From Eledone cirrhosa (Eukaryota), in the NCBI GenBank assembly GCA_964016885.1, contig OZ024752.1, positions 41,168,001 to 41,232,000 on the forward strand: a stretch of 64,000 nt of DNA, given 5' to 3'. How positions within the stretch are numbered: the stretch's first letter is position 1; each line of letters begins with the position of its first letter. The position numbers were made by a program, and so were the translations under genes. The notes beneath the pieces were generated by a model, which saw only the letters and a program-made list of their open reading frames with translations, was not told where the DNA came from and did no database searches. This document shows positions 57,115 through 64,000 of the stretch, piece by piece.

Positions 57115-57846
57115 TAGCACACAGTTCAAACACACATCTTTCTATAGCCATCATCATCACAAACTACAAACCAAGCTCTCCCACACTTACACGTACATAT
57201 TCTCGCATACATTACATATTCTCGCATACATTACATATTCTCGCATACATTACACATTCACGCATACATTACACATCCAGACACCTCTCTCTATAAACCC
57301 CCTCATCATCACAAACTAAAGACCAAGCTCTCACAAACTTACACGTACATATTCTCGCATACATTACATATTCTCGCATAGATTACACATTCACGCATAC
57401 ATTACACATTCAAACACACATCTTTCTATAAACCCATCATCATCACCAACTACAAACCAAGTTATCACAACCCTTACACATACAGGTACATTACACATTC
57501 ACGCATACATTACACATTCTGGCATACATTACACAATCTGGCATACATTACACAATCTCGCATACATAACACATTCAGACACCTCTCTCTATAAACCCAT
57601 CATCATAAACTACAAACCAAGTTCTCACACACTTACACGTATCCGCACACATTCCCGCCTAGATTACACATTCACGCATACATTACACATTCTAACACAC
57701 ATATTTCTATAAATCCATCATCATCACAAACAACAAACCAAGCTCTAACAACACTTACACGTACAGATACACATCCATGCACATACAGGCACACACTCCC
57801 GCCTACACATTACACATTCATACATAACAGTTTTCTATAAGCATCA
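57115..57846. repeat. Compound minisatellite: 19-bp sub-units within ~125-180-bp units
   Basis: cattacacattc(t/a)cgcata sub-repeats; tctataaacc..catcatca..acaaaccaag recurs about 5 times. Confidence 0.85.
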
Positions 57847-58254
57847 CCTTTCCATCATTGAGCTATTGTAACCGAAAGGTGATTTGTTCTTTGAATAATG
57901 ACGATGACGATGGTGGTGGTGATGGCGATGATGGTGATGATGATGATGAATTCCTCTTATATACACATAAACCATTTGCAGCTGGCAATGAGCAGTATAC
58001 GGTTGTGCTATGTATATCGACCTTGTTTGAAGGAGACAGTTTGGTTTGGTATTAATCCTAGAGCTGTCTTGTTTTATGGTAGACACTTCAAGTGTTCGAA
58101 TTGACCACTTAATACAAGGGAAGTAAGAAAAGCAATTTGGTATAGATGGATCTTTCATTCCAGTCGAAAGAATACGTGTACGTTAACATACATACATTTA
58201 CAGACATATACACATACATTGGCACACACAAACATATATATTTATATGTAGATA

Positions 58255-58266
58255 TGTATGTGTATG

Positions 58267-58332
<66 letters not shown>

Positions 58333-58375
58333 TACATGCACTTGTATATAGAAATAAATATGTCTCTGTGTGTAA

Positions 58376-58413
<38 letters not shown>

Positions 58414-58418
58414 ATATA

Positions 58419-58457
<39 letters not shown>

Positions 58458-58472
58458 ATATATATATGTATG

Positions 58473-58519
<47 letters not shown>

Positions 58520-58530
58520 ATATATATATG

Positions 58531-58575
<45 letters not shown>

Positions 58576-58610
58576 ATATATATATATATATATGTGTGTA
58601 TATATATATA

Positions 58611-58663
<53 letters not shown>

Positions 58664-58714
58664 ATATATATATATATGTGTATATATATATATGTGTGTA
58701 TATATATATATATA

Positions 58715-58784
<70 letters not shown>

Positions 58785-58843
58785 TATATATATAAACTTT
58801 TATTTATATATATATATATATGTCTGTCTGTGTGTGTGTCATG

Positions 58844-58892
<49 letters not shown>

Positions 58893-58895
58893 AAT

Positions 58896-58929
<34 letters not shown>

Positions 58930-59062
58930 ACATATACACACATATATATATATATATAAACAAATATACCTATATATATATATAAACAAATATACATATA
59001 TATATATATATAAACAATTATACATATATATATAAACAAATATACATATATATATATATATG

Positions 59063-59143
<81 letters not shown>

Positions 59144-59443
59144 ATATGAAATGGTGACAACGAGGAGACAGTGTAGAGGTAGTTTCAATCTAGTGAAGTG
59201 TATCCACACTCCTGTCTTTTTTCATCGGAACTTTTGAAGTGTGTTGGCGGAGATGGAGGAGGGGGGAAGACTATAGAAGGGGAGGAGAGGGAGAAGGAAG
59301 ACTATAGAAGGGGACGAGAGGAAGGGGGAGAAGGAAGACTAAAGAAGGGGAGGAAATGAGGAATGAGAAGGAACTGTTTCTGTTTATCATCATCCTCATT
59401 CGGTTTGTTTCTATCTTCACATCTTTCTTCATATATATATGTG

Positions 59444-59492
<49 letters not shown>

Positions 59493-59535
59493 GTGTATAT
59501 ATATATACATATATATATGTGTATATATATATGTG

Positions 59536-59620
<85 letters not shown>
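58255..59620. repeat. Long interrupted (TA)n tracts
   Basis: 58255-59145 and 59431-59620. Confidence 0.92.
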
Positions 59621-59623
<3 letters not shown>

Positions 59624-59856
59624 CATTCATTTAAATTATTGATGTATTGTTTTATTGATATTTTTTATCTGTTTGTCCCGAATCTTCTATTATCGATTTT
59701 TTATCGTATGGTTGATTGTAGACTTGTTCTATATGTGACGGTATTTTAACGATAGTTATAGCTCTGATTCATCTGAATTATTGAGCCCTCTGCCGCTCAT
59801 TTCGAATTTTGTTTATCGTGAACTCGTGCGCCGATTTTTCGATACTCGATCTTTCT

Positions 59857-59921
<65 letters not shown>

Positions 59922-59924
<3 letters not shown>

Positions 59925-60101
59925 TAGAAGTGGTATTTAATTTGTTGGAAGTCGGACAAACATGAATGTTTACAGCTGATTTAGAGCACTCAACAGTTTA
60001 CTGGAGTAAATATTCAATGATATTAAATAAATGGAAACTATATTTAATAATAAAATAAAAATGCTTTTATAAATATAGTTTCCATTTATTTAATATCATT
60101 G
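59922..60101 (-). mobile_element. Short fold-back element with tail
   Basis: Perfect 32-bp arms 60015-60046 / 60070-60101; arm sequence recurs at ~38413-38440. Confidence 0.65.
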
Positions 60102-60264
60102 TATATATATATATATAATATAAATATATATATATATATATATATAGTAATAATAGTAATAATAATAAAATAGAAGACTAAAATCCAAAGAGGGCTCGAT
60201 AAGGAAAATATATATCAAATATATAAGAACCGAAGAGCAAATATTTATTAAAATAACAGATTAA

Positions 60265-60315
60265 AGTTTAAGCAAAGAATCGCTGCTTTCACCCTTAACG
60301 GGATCTTCTGAAACT
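60265..60315 (-). ncRNA. Hammerhead-like motif, U4A core (left arm)
   Basis: Reverse complement of 60635-60685. Confidence 0.6.
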
Positions 60316-60634
60316 AACAAAGTCAATCTGTAAACGCAGAACTGGATATTTCAAAAAACGTTGCAACCGGAGGAAAACAGGAAGACGATACTTTGGTTCG
60401 TGGTAACGTTCGCTGGCAAAGAATAATACGTCATTAATAGGAGCGGTATACCATAAACGACTCCTGTCTTTGCGCGTAATTGTTTTTCACCGCTCCTATT
60501 AATGACGTATTATTCGTTTTTTCCCGTTCTTTGCCAGCGAACGTCACCATGAACCAAAGTATCGTCTTCCTGTTTTCCTCCGGTTGCAACGTTTTTTAAA
60601 ATATCCAGTTCTGCGTTTACAGATTGACTTTGTT

Positions 60635-60685
60635 AGTTTCAGAAGATCCCGTTAAGGGTGAAAGCAGCGATTCTTTGCTTAAACT
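60635..60685 (+). ncRNA. Hammerhead-like motif, U4A core (right arm)
   Basis: AGTTT-CAGAAGA-TCCC gttaa GGGT-GAAA-GCA..TGC-TT-AAACT, AATAAA 15 nt downstream. Confidence 0.6.
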
Positions 60686-60718
60686 TTAATCTGTTATTTT
60701 AATAAATATATATATATA

Positions 60719-60983
60719 TATGAAAGACGTAAAATAAGGAAATTTTAAAAATTAAAAATTAACTTACTTACTAAAATTTTCACTCCAACTAATTAGTTTC
60801 TGTAAGGGGATAAATATAGTTACATAATATAACCATAGAGAATTCCTTACGTCATCAGGGAGTCTATTCTCAGCTAAGTTCCCAGGTGATTCGCGGACAC
60901 TAGGAACCCATATAAAAATAATAAATTTTAGTAAGTAAGTTGATTTTTAATTTTTTAAATTTCCTTATTTTACGTCTTTCATA
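60719..60983. mobile_element. Inverted-repeat element (61-bp arms) enclosing a hammerhead
   Basis: Arms 60719-60779 / 60923-60983; possible tail to ~61090. Confidence 0.8.
60782..60863 (-). ncRNA. Type I hammerhead ribozyme with extended stem II
   Basis: ACTCC-CTGATGA-C-GTAAGG..CCTTAC-A-GAAA-CTAATTAG-TT-GGAGT; 12-nt palindrome AACTAATTAGTT at stem III. Confidence 0.85.
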
Positions 60984-61092
60984 TAATTGTTCTGCATCCC
61001 CCTGCATAGAACCACAAAGGTACTAAGACATAACATATATATTTGCTAGCATAGGTGAACATCTGTACACATATGTTGGTAAATATACTAAT

Positions 61093-61181
<89 letters not shown>

Positions 61182-61231
61182 GTATCATCTATAGGGATTG
61201 ATATATCAATTAGAAGACATTCCTATATAGT

Positions 61232-61431
61232 GTGGTCTCTTTTACTATGACATCCATTTAGTTGGCTTTGATCTCCATGTCTGTGTGTATTGACATATCC
61301 CAGAGTACAGTTGCTTTATCCTGCTCTGACACCTTTTCTGGTGTATATTCCTAACACCTTTTTTCTGTTGGTATTTTATAATATTGGCATAACTTCCAGT
61401 GTATGTAAACCTCAACGCTATCGTGTCTGTA
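61232..61431 (-). pseudogene. R4/Dong-like LINE fragment (RHD..IHW..LWD..TD region)
   Basis: YRHDSVEVYIHWKLCQYYKIPTEKRC*EYTPEKVSEQDKATVLWDMSIHTDMEIKAN*MDVIVK. Confidence 0.8.
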
Positions 61432-62103
61432 CAGGGTGTTCCGAAAGTCTTGTCACCCCCTACTAAAAAGTAATGCGAAACAGTTTATGTTCCGATCACA
61501 GTATTGTCCTCTACGGAGGAGGTGGTTTGCCGAATCTTGCAGTGAAGTCATGTCGCACATCCTCCATGCTCTTGCCAGAATGCACACGATCACGTGGCCA
61601 TACACTTGCAAGCAGCCTCTCTTCCAAACTGTAGGAGCTCTGAAATAGAAAATTATATTATTATTATTATATATTATAGGGCGGTGGATTGGCAGTATCG
61701 GTAGAGGGTCGGACGCCATGCTTTCCAGCATAGTTACGTCCCTTTATGATCTGAGTTCAAATTCCACCGAGGTTGACTTTGCCTTTCATCCTTACGGGGT
61801 CGATAAAATAAAGTACCAGTAATGCACTGGGTAATTGCTGGCCTTGTGCCTAAAGTAGAAACAATTATTATTATATATTATAATTAATTGTTTCTACTTT
61901 AGGCACAAGGCCAGCAATCACCCAGTGCATTACTGGTACTTTATTTTATCGACCCCGTAACGATTAAAGGCAAAGTTAACCTCGGCGGGATTTGAACTCA
62001 GATCGTAAAGGGACGTAACTATACTGCAAAGCATGGCGTCCGACTCTCTACCGATACTGCCAATATAATTAATGATATTTTATATTATATTATTAAAACC
62101 CTG
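61432..62103 (-). mobile_element. Tc1/mariner-like remnant containing a tail-to-tail SINE pair
   Basis: TA-CAGGGTGTT..AAAACCCTG-TA ends; 61639-61463 encodes SSYSLEERLLASVW..KSMEDVRHDFTARFGKPPPP*RTIL*SEHKLF (transposase-like N-terminal HTH); SINEs 61679-61866 + and 61886-62064 -. Confidence 0.7.
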
Positions 62104-62269
62104 TATACATCTTTTTTTTTTTTTTTTTTTCTGCTACATATTTTGCCGTTACTTAATGTGTTCTGCTTCATGGTGTATTTTGATGGTTTCTGGTGGGGAA
62201 GATTTTATCTTGAGAGCTACAATCAGAAATCTTTAAGTCTCGACTTTTAATCTGGCATTATTGCGTACA

Positions 62270-62822
62270 GGGGCAGTGGATTGGTAGTATCAGTAGAAGG
62301 TCGGACGCCATGCCTTGCAGCATAGAGTTACGCCCCTTTACGGTCTGAGTTCAAATCACGCCGAGGCTAACTTTGCTTTCATCCTTACGAGGTCGATAAA
62401 ATGCACTGGGATAATTGCTGGCCTTGTGCCAAAAGTAGAAACAATTATTGTGTACAAGGCCGCTTGATTGGCAGGATGGAGTTATATCCCTTTACGGTCT
62501 GAGTTCAAATCACGCCGAGGTTTGCTTTGCCTTTCATCCTTACGGGGTCGATAAAATGAAGTACCAGTAATGCACTGGGATAATTGCTGGCCTTGTGCCA
62601 AAAGTAGCAACAATTATTGTGTACAAAGCCGCTTGATTGGCAGTATCAGTAGAGCTCTTTACACCATGCTTTGCAGGATGGAGTTATATCCCTTTACGGT
62701 CTGAGTTCAAATCACGCCGAGGTTTGCTTTGCCTTTCATCCTTACGGGGGGTCCATAAAATAAAGTACCAGTAATGCACTGGGATAATTGCTGGCCTTGT
62801 GCCAAAAGTAGCAACAATTATT
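62270..62822 (+). repeat. Tandem SINE trimer
   Basis: Three copies share gttcaaatcacgccg and the flank attattgtgta. Confidence 0.88.
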
Positions 62823-64000
62823 GTGTAAAGGAGAGGGGGATTGGCAATATCAGTAGAACATCAGAGACCTATAGCATTATAAGGATTGTTTTTCTTTTTA
62901 ATCTGTAAACAGAAACAATTATTAAAACCTGAGTTAATTACGGTAAAAATACCATTCATCACGAGTCTGCTCTGTCAGACCTCACAACAACAACAACAAT
63001 AACAACAACAACAACAACAGCTTTCTGTGAAAAGATTGATACTTTGAAAGTCAAAAGAAATTATATAACTTAGATATGCCGTATCTATTTACTACTAAAA
63101 CTCTGTGATTGTGTGCTTGTCTGTAATTTAATACAGCCAAAACGGCGCATAATGGGAAAATACTTTGAAAGGGAGTTGACCCTGAAATGGGAATACATAT
63201 GAAATGGGACTACATATGAAATAAAACAAGTTTCGCATAATTCAGAGCACGGGTTACCGAGATACGGGGTTTTTCCGGGTTCTTTCATAAATAGAGAGGG
63301 GGGGGGATAATGGTTGTGAGAGAGTAGATTGAAAGAGAGACATGTCTGTGTATATTTTAATTAATTAAAATATATATTTTTTAGTGAACATGATTTGAAA
63401 AAAATAATTTTAAGTGAACGTGACCCAACGGGTCACGGGTGGTCAATTATGAAATAAATATGTGATATTGACAGACGATAGAATATGGTGTACTAGGTAA
63501 TATATGGTGACTGCTATTTCACCAGTGAAACGCCCGACCTATGACACTATTCACTTTGAATACATTGCCTTAGATCTTACTTCAGCAAATTATGCGTTTT
63601 ATTCTTCTCACAGACAAAAGGTTTTCACAGCGTATCTTATCGTAATGACAGGTTTAAGAAGCTGAGGTTATCGGGAGTAAATCTTCAGTAAAGTGGTTGG
63701 AAAGAAATTCAGGTATTTCCACAAGAATATACGGTAATTCTATTCAAAATCTTATTTAAATATAAGAAGCCAGGATGTGTAAAACAGAGAAAGTTACAAT
63801 TGAAATATTTGAATTATTCAAGATGAATAGCGTTTAAATTCCACAAAATGAATAGTAGTGTTCAAAATGTGTTTTATAATGGCGAATATTTTTCGCTCCA
63901 AAGTTATATTGATTGGCCGTCAACCAGCGATATTAATATTCCAACAGGAAGGTAAAAATATGGTTTATAAAAATTCAACCAGATGTATGACATGTAAATT

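Larger units (their letters stand above)
60147..60709 (-). mobile_element. Large fold-back element (~207/221-bp arms) with tail
   Basis: Arms 60241-60447 / 60489-60709, few mismatches and one 14-bp indel; tail homologous to 27371-27499. Confidence 0.9.

Noticed and set aside
63420-63445. Helitron-like 3' hairpin (also ~34143)
   Set aside because: No CTRR terminus at the expected distance and no matching 5' end

Overview
AT-rich, microsatellite-saturated eukaryotic DNA, intergenic or intronic. The tRNA-derived SINEs resemble those I recall from octopod cephalopods; this is inference. I can support no host protein-coding exon, and nearly all track ORFs are translations of (TA)n, (CA)n, (GA)n or (GGT)n. 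The window holds roughly 45 copies or fragments of one tRNA-derived SINE, a few CORE-like SINEs, an internally deleted DD37D (maT) transposon with an open 219-aa ORF, other Tc1/mariner/pogo remnants, R4/Dong-like LINE ends in (TTA)n, two RTE-derived short families and several minisatellites. The main unexplained signal is at the RNA level. About 14 type I hammerhead ribozyme (HHR) motifs (intact, variant or decayed) sit in at least 8 unrelated short non-coding families inserted into or beside (TA)n tracts. Many show the inverted-copy-plus-tail architecture of Penelope-like element (PLE) termini. They include a canonical monomeric GUC hammerhead (28367-28447), a recurrent U4A core variant, and a family of about 115-bp palindromes in which the hammerhead is folded back on stem II so that only the GAAA/GUC substrate half remains. 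All folds and alignments were done by eye.
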